A stretch of 64,000 nucleotides of DNA. It comes from Hyphomicrobiaceae bacterium (GTDB taxonomy: Bacteria > Pseudomonadota > Alphaproteobacteria > Rhizobiales > Hyphomicrobiaceae). The position numbers and the translations under genes are program-made. Shown here in pieces: positions 47,772 to 56,790 of the stretch. The notes beneath the pieces were generated by a model. That model had not been told where the DNA came from. It made no database searches and saw nothing but the letters and a program-made list of their open reading frames with translations. Location: NCBI GenBank assembly GCA_965223035.1, contig OZ244980.1, forward strand, positions 2,029,184 to 2,093,183, written 5' to 3'. The number at the start of each line of letters is the position of its first letter. Position 1 is the stretch's first letter.

Positions 47772-49472
47772 ATGCATTATACTGCTAAGCGTCCGCCGAC
47801 CGACGGCGCGTCGAATGACGTTTGGATCGACTTTGAGACCTCTCCTGACCGATATTGCCACTGGCGGATCGAGGTGGATGGCGACATCGCGCACCTCATT
47901 CTCGATGTGGACGAGAACCAGGGGCTGTTCGACGGCCATCCGCTCAAGCTGAACTCTTACGACCTCGGCGTCGACATCGAACTCGCCGACGCGGTGCAGC
48001 GCTTGCGCTTCGAGCATCCGGGCGTGAAGGTCGTGATCTTGAAGTCCGGCAAGGACCGGGTGTTCTGTGCCGGTGCCAATATCCGCATGCTGGCCGCCGC
48101 GACCCATGCGCACAAGGTCAACTTCTGCAAGTTCACCAACGAGACCCGGAACTTCATCGAGGACGCGAGCCAATGCTCAGGCCAAAAGTACCTGACGGCG
48201 ATCCGCGGCACGGCGGCGGGCGGCGGCTACGAGTTGGCCCTGGCGACCGATTACATCGTGCTGGCCGACGATGGCAACGCCACGGTCTCGCTTCCCGAAG
48301 TGCCCCTGCTGGCGGTACTCCCCGGCACCGGTGGCCTGACGCGCGTCACCGATAAGCGCAAGGTGCGCCGCGATTTGGCCGATGCCTTCTGCACCGTGGA
48401 GGAGGGGGTGCGCGGCGCGCGGGCGGTGCAGTGGCGGCTGGTCGATGAAGTGGTGCCGACCTCGAAGTTCGATGCGGCCGTGACGGCGGCGGCGCGCACG
48501 TTGGCCGACAGCTCGGATCGTCCGAGCGACCAACACGGCATCAAGCTCAACCCGTTGTCGCGCGCGATTAGCGCCGACAGCCTCGCGTATTCCTGCGTCA
48601 AGGTCGAGATCGATGCCGCGGCGCGTCGCGCCACCTTAATGATCACGGGCCCGGAGCAGGCGCCGCCGTCGACGGCTGAAGAGCTGCTGGCGGCCGGCGA
48701 TACGTTCTGGTCGCTGCGCGTCGCCCGAGAGTTGGACGATGCGATTTTGCACTTGCGGCTCAATGCGCCGGAGATCGGCACGCTGGTGTTCAAGACAGAA
48801 GGGCAGGCCGCGGACGTGCTCGGCTACGATGCATTCTTGCTGGCCCATCAGGACAATTGGCTGGCGCGCGAGATTTTGCTCAATTGGAAGCGCGTTCTAA
48901 AGCGCATCGATGTCACCTCCCGTTCGCTGGTCGCGTTGATCGAGCCGGGCTCCTGCTATGCCGGGACGCTGGCGGAACTCGCCTTCGCCGCCGATCGCAG
49001 CTTCATGCTGGAGGGCACGCTGGGCGGCGATAATCGGCCACCGGCGGGTCTGCACCTGGGCGCGGTCAACTTCGGCAGCTATCCGATGTCAAACGATTTG
49101 AGCCGGCTGGCGACCCGTTTTCTGGGCGAGCCGGACAGCTTGGCGGCTGCTGAAGCCAAGGTCGGCAGCCCGTTGGATGCTGCGGCGTGCGAGCAGCTCG
49201 GTCTGGTTACCGCGATGTTCGATGAGATCGATTGGTCCGATGAAATCCGCATCTTCCTGGAGGAGCGCGCCAGCTTCTCCGCCGATGCGCTGATCGGGCT
49301 CGAAGCCAATTTGAGGTTTGCCGGCCCGGAAACCATGGAGACCAAGATCTTCGGCCGACTGTCGGCGTGGCAAAATTGGATCTTTCAGCGCCCCAACGCG
49401 ATCGGCGAGGCGGGCGCGTTGCAGCTTTATGGCACGGGCAAGAAACCGAATTTCGACCCTCGACGGGTCTAA
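47772..49472 (+). CDS. boxC: 2,3-epoxybenzoyl-CoA dihydrolase (benzoyl-CoA-dihydrodiol lyase)
   Basis: Double crotonase-like protein of about 566 aa (VVILKSGKDRVFCAGANI, AAGGGYELALATDYIVL) lying directly upstream of boxB and boxA. GGAAGG lies 7 nt before ATG 47772. Confidence 0.85.
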   Translation: MHYTAKRPPTDGASNDVWIDFETSPDRYCHWRIEVDGDIAHLILDVDENQGLFDGHPLKLNSYDLGVDIELADAVQRLRFEHPGVKVVILKSGKDRVFCAGANIRMLAAATHAHKVNFCKFTNETRNFIEDASQCSGQKYLTAIRGTAAGGGYELALATDYIVLADDGNATVSLPEVPLLAVLPGTGGLTRVTDKRKVRRDLADAFCTVEEGVRGARAVQWRLVDEVVPTSKFDAAVTAAARTLADSSDRPSDQHGIKLNPLSRAISADSLAYSCVKVEIDAAARRATLMITGPEQAPPSTAEELLAAGDTFWSLRVARELDDAILHLRLNAPEIGTLVFKTEGQAADVLGYDAFLLAHQDNWLAREILLNWKRVLKRIDVTSRSLVALIEPGSCYAGTLAELAFAADRSFMLEGTLGGDNRPPAGLHLGAVNFGSYPMSNDLSRLATRFLGEPDSLAAAEAKVGSPLDAAACEQLGLVTAMFDEIDWSDEIRIFLEERASFSADALIGLEANLRFAGPETMETKIFGRLSAWQNWIFQRPNAIGEAGALQLYGTGKKPNFDPRRV

Positions 49473-49484
49473 TGGAGGCAAGCG

Positions 49485-50936
49485 ATGACCGACCTGATCA
49501 ATGTTGACTATTCGACCAAAATCCCCAACAACGTCGGCCTCGTCGACGACCAGCGCGTGCTGAAGGCGTTGGAGAGCTGGCATCCCGGCTATATCGATTG
49601 GTGGATGGACCAGGGCCCCGAGGGGTTCCAGACGGCCGACGTCTATCTGCGCACCGCGGTGTCAATCGATCCCAAGGGCTGGGCTAAGTTCGACTACGTG
49701 AAGATGCCGGACTATCGCTGGGGGGTGTTGCTCGCCAACCAGGAGGAGGACCGCAAAGTCGGTTTCGGCGCGTCGTTGGGCGAAGCGGCCTGGCAGGAGG
49801 TGCCCGGCGAGCACCGTGCGAACCTGCGTCGGTTGATCGTCATTCAGGGCGATACCGAGCCGGCCAGCGTCGAGCAGCAACGCCATCTCGGAAAGACCGC
49901 GCCGTCGTTGTATGATATGCGCAACCTGTTCCAGGTGAACGTGGAGGAAGCCCGTCATCTGTGGGCGATGGTGTATTTGCTGCACAAATATTTTGGCAGG
50001 GACGGGCGCGAGGAGGCGCAGGCGCTGCTCGAGCGGCGCTCCGGCGATCCGGACAAGCCGCGGATGTTGGGTGCTTTCAACGAAGCGACGCCGGATTGGC
50101 TGTCGTTTTTCATGTTCACCTACTTTACCGACCGCGACGGCAAGATGCAGCTGGAAAGCCTGGCGCAATCGGGCTTCGACCCGTTGTCGCGGACCTGCCG
50201 GTTCATGTTGACCGAAGAGGCCCATCACATGTTCGTCGGCGAGACCGGGGTCGGTCGGGTGATCGAGCGCACCTGCCAGGCCATGAATGAGGCCGGCATT
50301 AAGGATGCCGAGGACGTCGAGCGTGTCAGAAAGCTCGGCGTCATCGATCTGCCGACGGTGCAGAAAAAGGCCAACCTGCATTATTCCCTGTCGCTCGATC
50401 TGTTCGGCTCTGAGGTGTCCACCAACGCGGCCAACTTCTACAACGCCGGGCTGAAGGGCCGGTTCCAGGAGGGTAAGATCGACGACGACCATCTGTTGAC
50501 GCGCTCAACCTATCCAGTGCTCAAGCTGATCGATGGCGTGCCGACGCTGGTCGATGAGCCGGCGCTGTCAGCGATCAACATGCGGCTGCGCGATGACTAC
50601 AGCAAGGACTGCCAGGGTGGCGTGAACCGTTGGAACAAGCTGATCGAGAAGGCCGGCATCAGCTATCAAATCAAGCTGCCTTCAGTGGCGTTCCACCGAC
50701 AGATCGGTCAGTTCCAGAACGTCGAGGCCATGCCCGACGGCAGCGTGATCTCGCAGGAGGATTGGAATGCGCGCAAGGATGAGTGGTTGCCGTCCACTGA
50801 CGATGGCGCCTTTCTTGAGAGTCTGATGAAGCCTTGTTGGGAGCGGGGTAGATATGCTGCGTGGATCGCGCCGCCGAAAGTCGGCATCGACAACAGGCCG
50901 GGCGATTTTGAGTACGTTAAGCTGCATCAGGCTTGA
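49485..50936 (+). CDS. boxB: Benzoyl-CoA 2,3-epoxidase subunit B (di-iron oxygenase)
   Basis: 483 aa with di-iron ligand helices (NVEEARHLWAM, LTEEAHHMFVGE). Size and context are typical of BoxB. Confidence 0.88.
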   Translation: MTDLINVDYSTKIPNNVGLVDDQRVLKALESWHPGYIDWWMDQGPEGFQTADVYLRTAVSIDPKGWAKFDYVKMPDYRWGVLLANQEEDRKVGFGASLGEAAWQEVPGEHRANLRRLIVIQGDTEPASVEQQRHLGKTAPSLYDMRNLFQVNVEEARHLWAMVYLLHKYFGRDGREEAQALLERRSGDPDKPRMLGAFNEATPDWLSFFMFTYFTDRDGKMQLESLAQSGFDPLSRTCRFMLTEEAHHMFVGETGVGRVIERTCQAMNEAGIKDAEDVERVRKLGVIDLPTVQKKANLHYSLSLDLFGSEVSTNAANFYNAGLKGRFQEGKIDDDHLLTRSTYPVLKLIDGVPTLVDEPALSAINMRLRDDYSKDCQGGVNRWNKLIEKAGISYQIKLPSVAFHRQIGQFQNVEAMPDGSVISQEDWNARKDEWLPSTDDGAFLESLMKPCWERGRYAAWIAPPKVGIDNRPGDFEYVKLHQA

Positions 50937-50939
50937 GGC

Positions 50940-52154
50940 ATGTTGACGATGACGTCGACTGAGGTGATTGCCGATCTCAAAAAACAGCACCTGATCGACC
51001 CAGAGATCTGTATCCGCTGCAACACGTGCGAGGCCACCTGTCCGGTCGGAGCGGTGACGCACGACGACAACAACTACGTCGTCGACGCGAAGAAATGCAA
51101 CTATTGCATGGACTGCATCGCGCCCTGTCCGACCGGCTCGATCGACAATTGGCGTCTGGTGCGCATTCCCTACTCGTTGAAAGATCAGCTCGCGTGGACC
51201 GAGCTTCCGCAACAGGAGGACTTTGGCGCTGAGACCCAAGCGGCGGTCGAAGCGCTGGAAAGTGAGGTCGGTGAGCTGTTGGCCAAGGCGCACGAAGGGG
51301 CCGGCGGTAAGCCGGTCGCACCGGCCTCGGCGTCCAAGCCAGCGATCAATCTGTTCACCCGCGCCAATCCGGCGATCGCCACCGTACAGGGCAACTTGCG
51401 GATCACCTCGCCGACGGTGGAAAGCGACATCCGGCACATCGTGCTGGGCTTCGGCAACACCGTGTTTCCGGTGTTGGAAGGTCAGTCGATCGGCATCGTC
51501 GTGCCGGGCACCCGGCCCGACGGTCGCCCGCACGACATGCGGCTTTACTCCGTGGCCTCCGAGCGTGACGGCGAAAAGCGCAACGCCAACAATGTGTCGC
51601 TGACCATCAAGCGCGTGCCCGGCGGCATTGCCTCCAACTACATCTGTGATTTGAAGGTCGGCGACAAGGTTGAGGTGACGGGACCGTTCGGCTCGACCTT
51701 TTTGATGCCCAACGATGCTGAGTGCAACATCATCATGATCTGCACCGGCACCGGCTCGGCACCGTTTCGCGCGTTCACCGAGCGGCGGCGCCGCACCGGT
51801 CATTCCGGACAAGGTCAGCTCGTGATGTTTTTTGGCTCACGCACACCTGAGGAGCTGCCTTATTTCGGGCCGCTGTTGAAAGTGCCCTCGCGCCTGTTGG
51901 AAAAACATCTCGTCTATTCCCGCATCCCCGGTGCGCCCAAGGAGTACGTGCAGGACCGCATGCGCGTCGAGGCAGAGCGCGTCGTGGAGCTGCTAGGCTC
52001 GGATAAGACGCACATCTTCATCTGTGGCCTCAAGGGCATGGAATCCGGCGTTGACGAAGCTTTAAGCGACATCTCGCGTCGGGCCGGGCTTGATTGGCGA
52101 GATGAAAAAGCGAAAATGCGCAGCCAGGGCCGCTATCACGTCGAAACCTATTGA
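50940..52154 (+). CDS. boxA: Benzoyl-CoA oxygenase reductase component A
   Basis: Two 4Fe-4S motifs (CIRCNTCEATCP, CNYCMDCIAPCP) precede an FNR-like module (RLYSVAS, ICTGTGSAPFRAF). Confidence 0.9.
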   Translation: MLTMTSTEVIADLKKQHLIDPEICIRCNTCEATCPVGAVTHDDNNYVVDAKKCNYCMDCIAPCPTGSIDNWRLVRIPYSLKDQLAWTELPQQEDFGAETQAAVEALESEVGELLAKAHEGAGGKPVAPASASKPAINLFTRANPAIATVQGNLRITSPTVESDIRHIVLGFGNTVFPVLEGQSIGIVVPGTRPDGRPHDMRLYSVASERDGEKRNANNVSLTIKRVPGGIASNYICDLKVGDKVEVTGPFGSTFLMPNDAECNIIMICTGTGSAPFRAFTERRRRTGHSGQGQLVMFFGSRTPEELPYFGPLLKVPSRLLEKHLVYSRIPGAPKEYVQDRMRVEAERVVELLGSDKTHIFICGLKGMESGVDEALSDISRRAGLDWRDEKAKMRSQGRYHVETY

Positions 52155-52206
52155 CGAAGCACGGCCCGACAATAAGCAGCCGACATGTCGTGCGGGAGGA
52201 AGCGTC

Positions 52207-53805
52207 ATGACCGACGGGCACAGCGACTGGCCCGAGCCATCCGGCCACTACAACGCAGCCGACGATTTCGTGGACCGCAACGTACGTAACGGGCGGGGTC
52301 AACATCCAGCCTTCATCGATCCGCAGCGGTCATTAACCTATGGGCAGCTGCAACAGCGCTGCAATCGGTTTGCTAACGCTTTGCCGCGGCTCGGGATCGC
52401 GCGTGAACATCGGATTATGATGATCATGCTCGATACGGTGGATTTTCCCGTTGTGTTTTGGGGTGCGATCAAGGCCGGCGTGGTGGCGATCCCGGTCAAC
52501 ACGCTGCTGACGCTGGAGCAGTGGCGCTACATGATCGAGGATAGTCGAGTCGATGCGGTGGTGATTTCAGCGGAGCTGATGGAGCGCGCCGCGCCGATGC
52601 TGGATGGCATCGCCGCACAACGCCATCTGCACATCATCGTTTGCGGTGCGCCAGGCGATGGCGGGCAGGGCAACGGCAAATACATCGGCCTGGAGCCGCT
52701 GTTGGCCAGCAGCTCAGAGCAGGCGGAGGCGGCGGCGACCAGCGCTGATGAGACGGCTTTTTGGCTCTATTCATCCGGCTCCACCGGCAACCCGAAGGGC
52801 ACACGCCACGTTCATTCCAGCCCGTATTGGAGCGCGCGCAGCTACGGCATCGGGGTGCTTGGCATTAGGCCGGACGACGTTGGGTTTTCCGTCGCCAAGT
52901 TGTTCTTTGCCTACGGGCTCGGAAACGGCATGAATTTTCCGATGGCGGTCGGTGCGACGACGGTGCTTTATCCGGAACGGCCGACGCCGGACAGTGTACT
53001 GGCGACGATGCGGGCCCACAATCCGACCCTGTTTTACTGCGTGCCGACCCTTTACGCCGCGATGCTGGCGCATCCCGAGCTCGGTCATGGGGCTGGCTCC
53101 AATCGGCTGCGCCTGTGCGTGTCGGCGGGCGAGGCGCTGCCGGAGGATGTCGGACAGCGTTGGCAGGAGAAGGTGGGCTACGAAATCTTGGACGGTATCG
53201 GCTCCACCGAGATGTTGCACATCTTTGTTTCGAACCGTCCAGGCCAGGTGCGCTATGGCTCCTCCGGCACGCCGATCCCGAACTATGAAGCGAAGCTGGT
53301 CGATGACGACGGCAGCCTGCTGGGCCCGGGGGATATCGGTGAGCTGCTGATCAAGGGGCCGACCGCTGCGGAGGGCTATTGGAATCAACGGTCGCGGTCG
53401 CGGCGAACATTTGCGGGCGAATGGACGCACACTGGCGATAAGTACCGAGTCGACGAAGACGGCTATTATTATTGCTGCGGCCGCACCGACGATATGTTCA
53501 AGGTCTCCGGTATCTGGGTGTCGCCGTTTGAGGTGGAGTCGGCGCTCGTTAGCCACGACGCCGTGATCGAGGCTGCCGTCATCGGCGTCGAGGACAGCGA
53601 CGGCTTGTTGAAGCCGAAGGCCTTCGTGATCTTGAAACCCGGTCACGTCGCCAACGCGGCGTTGCTGGACGATCTCAAGGAGCACGTCAAGCAACAGGCC
53701 GGCACTTGGAAATACCCGCGCTGGATCGAGGTGCGCGAGGAGCTCCCTAAGACGGCCACCGGCAAGATCCAACGCTTCAAGCTGCGCGCGGAGCGCACGA
53801 CCTAG
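52207..53805 (+). CDS. Benzoate-CoA ligase (AMP-forming)
   Basis: 532 aa from ATG 52207. AMP-binding motif LYSSGSTGNPKG, then GEWTHTGDKY and PKTATGKIQR. The N-terminus YNAADDFVDRN is typical of benzoate-CoA ligases. The stop TAG is inside the repeat terminus. Confidence 0.85.
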   Translation: MTDGHSDWPEPSGHYNAADDFVDRNVRNGRGQHPAFIDPQRSLTYGQLQQRCNRFANALPRLGIAREHRIMMIMLDTVDFPVVFWGAIKAGVVAIPVNTLLTLEQWRYMIEDSRVDAVVISAELMERAAPMLDGIAAQRHLHIIVCGAPGDGGQGNGKYIGLEPLLASSSEQAEAAATSADETAFWLYSSGSTGNPKGTRHVHSSPYWSARSYGIGVLGIRPDDVGFSVAKLFFAYGLGNGMNFPMAVGATTVLYPERPTPDSVLATMRAHNPTLFYCVPTLYAAMLAHPELGHGAGSNRLRLCVSAGEALPEDVGQRWQEKVGYEILDGIGSTEMLHIFVSNRPGQVRYGSSGTPIPNYEAKLVDDDGSLLGPGDIGELLIKGPTAAEGYWNQRSRSRRTFAGEWTHTGDKYRVDEDGYYYCCGRTDDMFKVSGIWVSPFEVESALVSHDAVIEAAVIGVEDSDGLLKPKAFVILKPGHVANAALLDDLKEHVKQQAGTWKYPRWIEVREELPKTATGKIQRFKLRAERTT

Positions 53806-53865
53806 AGCATCGTGCCTGAAATTGGCACCGAACAGCTGGTTCCGATTTAAGGCGCGATGATCTAG
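53802..53865. repeat. H-module between convergent genes
   Basis: ctagagcatcgtgcctgaaattggcaccgaacagctggttccgatttaaggcgcgatgatctag. Confidence 0.8.
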
Positions 53866-53956
53866 GCTGCCCAAGCCGATCGGATGCACCAGCGGCGATC
53901 GACACTCTGATACGCTTATGGTTCGCTCGCCTCGGTTTTGCATGGATGTTGGGCGG

Positions 53957-54580
53957 TTACGGCTCCAGCCGATAATTGAAGCTGACGCTGACGCGGGGCG
54001 CGTCGACCCGATTGGGCAGCACCTCGTGGCGAAGCCAGCTTTCCCATAGCAGCACCTCGCCGGCCTTCGGGGCGACCTCCACGAAGGTGCGGTTATCCAG
54101 GCGGGCCCTAGTCTTGCGTGGGGGGGCGGCCATCATCAGCGGTAGCCGTGGATCCTCGAAGCGGATCGCACCGGCACCGGGTGGGACCGCAACGTAATAG
54201 GTCCCGCTGATCACGGCGCCCGGGTGGATGTGTCCGGTATGCGCACCGCCATCCAGCAACACATTGATCCACATGCTGTCGCGCACGAGGCGGCGGCGGT
54301 CTAGGTCCAACTGAAGCTCCTTGGCGAACGCGGCGACATGACCGTCGAGCGCCAGCTCCAGATCGGCGAACGCCGGCGCCCGCCTGCACAGGTCATCCAA
54401 CGACGCATAGGACGTGTAGCCGGCGTAGCCGTGCTGCTGCGACCAAGCTTGGCCCGCTTGGTCCTCGGCCGCGATCAGCTGGCAGGTGGCGGCGAGCTCG
54501 CGATTGAGGTCACCGGCGCGCCGCCCGGTCAACAGGTTGCGGTAGAGCCGGGTGACGAACAAGGTAGAGATGGTGCTCAT
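53957..54580 (-). CDS. Conserved hypothetical, TIGR02466-like putative 2OG-Fe(II) oxygenase fold
   Basis: 207 aa from ATG 54580: FVTRLY..., HIHPGAVISGTYYV, LLWESWLRHEV, VSVSFNY. Confidence 0.7.
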   Translation of the reverse strand: MSTISTLFVTRLYRNLLTGRRAGDLNRELAATCQLIAAEDQAGQAWSQQHGYAGYTSYASLDDLCRRAPAFADLELALDGHVAAFAKELQLDLDRRRLVRDSMWINVLLDGGAHTGHIHPGAVISGTYYVAVPPGAGAIRFEDPRLPLMMAAPPRKTRARLDNRTFVEVAPKAGEVLLWESWLRHEVLPNRVDAPRVSVSFNYRLEP

Positions 54581-54700
54581 GGCGTTGCCGATAACACGGC
54601 CGTCATGCACCGGGAAGCAGCGCCTCCGCGTCGGTCTGCGTCGGTTCGCGAAAACTGCGGCTGACGTCCGCGCAAGGTCTAAACGGATTGGCGCCGCACC

Positions 54701-56623
54701 TCAGGCGCGGTCCAAATCTTGGGCGAGGTGCTCCCGTCCTAAGGCGGACAGCGCTGTGGTCAGGATCCCGCCGGCGTTGAGCCCGGCGCGTTCATACATC
54801 AGGTCTGGCTTGTCGTGGTCGATAAAGCTGTCCGGCAAGGTCATCGTGCGCACTTTCAGACTGCGATCGAGCACACCGGCGGCAGCCAAGTGGTGCAACA
54901 CGGCCGCGCCAAACCCGCCAGTCGCACCTTCCTCAACCGTGACCAGCACCTCGTGGTTTGCGGCCAACTGCTCCACCAGCGCGGTGTCCAACGGCTTGGC
55001 GAAGCGGGCATCGGCCACCGTCGTCGACAAGCCCATGGCGGCCAGTTGGTCGGCAGCGATCAAGCATTGCGCCAGTCGTGTACCCAGCGAGAGCAGCGCG
55101 ATCGCCGAGCCCTGACGGACGATGCGGCCCTTGCCAATTTCCAACGGCAACGGGTGTTCGGGCAGCTCAACGCCGATGCCCTCGCCGCGGGGGTAGCGGA
55201 AGGCCGAGGGCCGATCGTCGATGGCCACCGCTGTGGCGACCATGCGGGTCAGCTCGGCCTCGTCGGCCGCCGCCATAATCACGAAATCGGGTAAGCAGCC
55301 CAGATAGGCCAAATCAAAAGAGCCGGCGTGGGTGGGGCCGTCGGCGCCTACGAGGCCCGCGCGATCAAGCGCAAACCGGACGGGCAGCCTCTGGATCGCG
55401 ACATCATGAACGACCTGATCATAGGCCCGCTGCAAGAACGTCGAGTAGATCGCACAAAACGGCTTAAAGCCCTCAGTGGCAAGGCCGGCAGCAAAGGTCA
55501 CGGCATGCTGCTCGGCAATGCCAACGTCAAACGTGCGATCCGGGAATTGCTTAGCGAAGGCATCAAGCCCGGTACCGGACGGCATCGCCGCGGTAACAGC
55601 GACCACCTTGTCGTCCCGCCGCGCCTGATGGATCAGGCTGTCAGCGAACACCCGCGTATAGCTGGGCGCGTTGGATTTCGCCTTGATTTGGTCGCCGGTG
55701 ATCACGTTGAAGCGGTTCACGCCGTGATATTTGTCGGTGGAACTTTCCGCCGGCGGATAACCTTTTCCCTTTCTGGTCACCACGTGCACGAGGATCGGCC
55801 CCTTCTTGGCGTCGCGCACGTTCTTGAGCACCGGCAACAGCACGTTGAGATCATGTCCGTCGATCGGGCCGACGTAGTAGAAGCCAAGCTCCTCAAAAAG
55901 CGTGCCGCCGATCAAGTAGGTGCGGGTGTACTCCTCCGCTCGGGCCGCGGCCTGTTCCCAGTACTTCGGCAACCGCTTGGCGAGCTGCTTACCGATCTCC
56001 CGCAGGTGCAGATAGGTTCCGCTCGAGGTGATGCGCGCAAGATAACTGGACAACGCGCCAACCGGCCGGGCGATCGACATGTCGTTGTCATTGAGGATGA
56101 CGATCAGGCGCTCATGGCGGGCACCTGCGTTGTTCATCGCCTCATAGGCCATGCCGGCGCTCATCGCGCCATCGCCAATCACCGAAACCACGTGGTTGTC
56201 GCCACCACGCAGATCGCGGGCCACGGCCATGCCGAGACCGGCCGAGATCGACGTGGAGGAGTGGGCCGCGCCAAACGGGTCATACTCGCTTTCCGCACGC
56301 TTGGTGAAGCCAGACAGGCCGCCGCCTTGGCGCAAGGTTCGAATGCGGTCGCGGCGGCCGGTAAGAACCTTATGGGGATAGGCTTGGTGGCCCACGTCCC
56401 AGATCAAACGATCACGCGGCGTATCGAAAACCCAATGCAATGCGACCGTGAGCTCGACGACGCCCAAACCCGCCCCCAGGTGACCGCCCGTCTCAGACAC
56501 GGCGTCAATGGTCTCGGCGCGTAGCTCATCGGCCAGTTGGACCAGGTCTTTCTCATCGAGATTTCTAAGATCTTGGGGTGTCACAACCCGGTCGAGCAGC
56601 GGCGTTTCACATTTCGTTGTCAC
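54701..56623 (-). CDS. dxs: 1-deoxy-D-xylulose-5-phosphate synthase
   Basis: [58 protein letters not shown] start at 56623. Confidence 0.96.
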   Translation of the reverse strand: MTTKCETPLLDRVVTPQDLRNLDEKDLVQLADELRAETIDAVSETGGHLGAGLGVVELTVALHWVFDTPRDRLIWDVGHQAYPHKVLTGRRDRIRTLRQGGGLSGFTKRAESEYDPFGAAHSSTSISAGLGMAVARDLRGGDNHVVSVIGDGAMSAGMAYEAMNNAGARHERLIVILNDNDMSIARPVGALSSYLARITSSGTYLHLREIGKQLAKRLPKYWEQAAARAEEYTRTYLIGGTLFEELGFYYVGPIDGHDLNVLLPVLKNVRDAKKGPILVHVVTRKGKGYPPAESSTDKYHGVNRFNVITGDQIKAKSNAPSYTRVFADSLIHQARRDDKVVAVTAAMPSGTGLDAFAKQFPDRTFDVGIAEQHAVTFAAGLATEGFKPFCAIYSTFLQRAYDQVVHDVAIQRLPVRFALDRAGLVGADGPTHAGSFDLAYLGCLPDFVIMAAADEAELTRMVATAVAIDDRPSAFRYPRGEGIGVELPEHPLPLEIGKGRIVRQGSAIALLSLGTRLAQCLIAADQLAAMGLSTTVADARFAKPLDTALVEQLAANHEVLVTVEEGATGGFGAAVLHHLAAAGVLDRSLKVRTMTLPDSFIDHDKPDLMYERAGLNAGGILTTALSALGREHLAQDLDRA

Positions 56624-56790
56624 GTTGTTCCACCTTTAGCACCCGACCACGCACGAATGAGACGGGATCATCTAATATTGGTACGCCAGATAACATTACT
56701 TCGATCACGCAGCCTCGGCAAACCGGGCCTGCGACACTGGTTTCACACGGAGCTGGCGCCGCCGATGGAACCGATCGCGGTGGCCCGCAA

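Noticed and set aside
55328-56524. 398-aa ORF antisense to dxs. Comparable antisense ORFs are 9845-10858 (htpG), 26491-27234 (dapA), 28198-29052 (modA), 50682-51812 (boxA), 52771-53943 (CoA ligase) and 49662-50492 (boxB).
   Set aside because: Each lies opposite an unambiguous conserved gene. The translations are Arg/Gly/His-rich with no recognisable domains.
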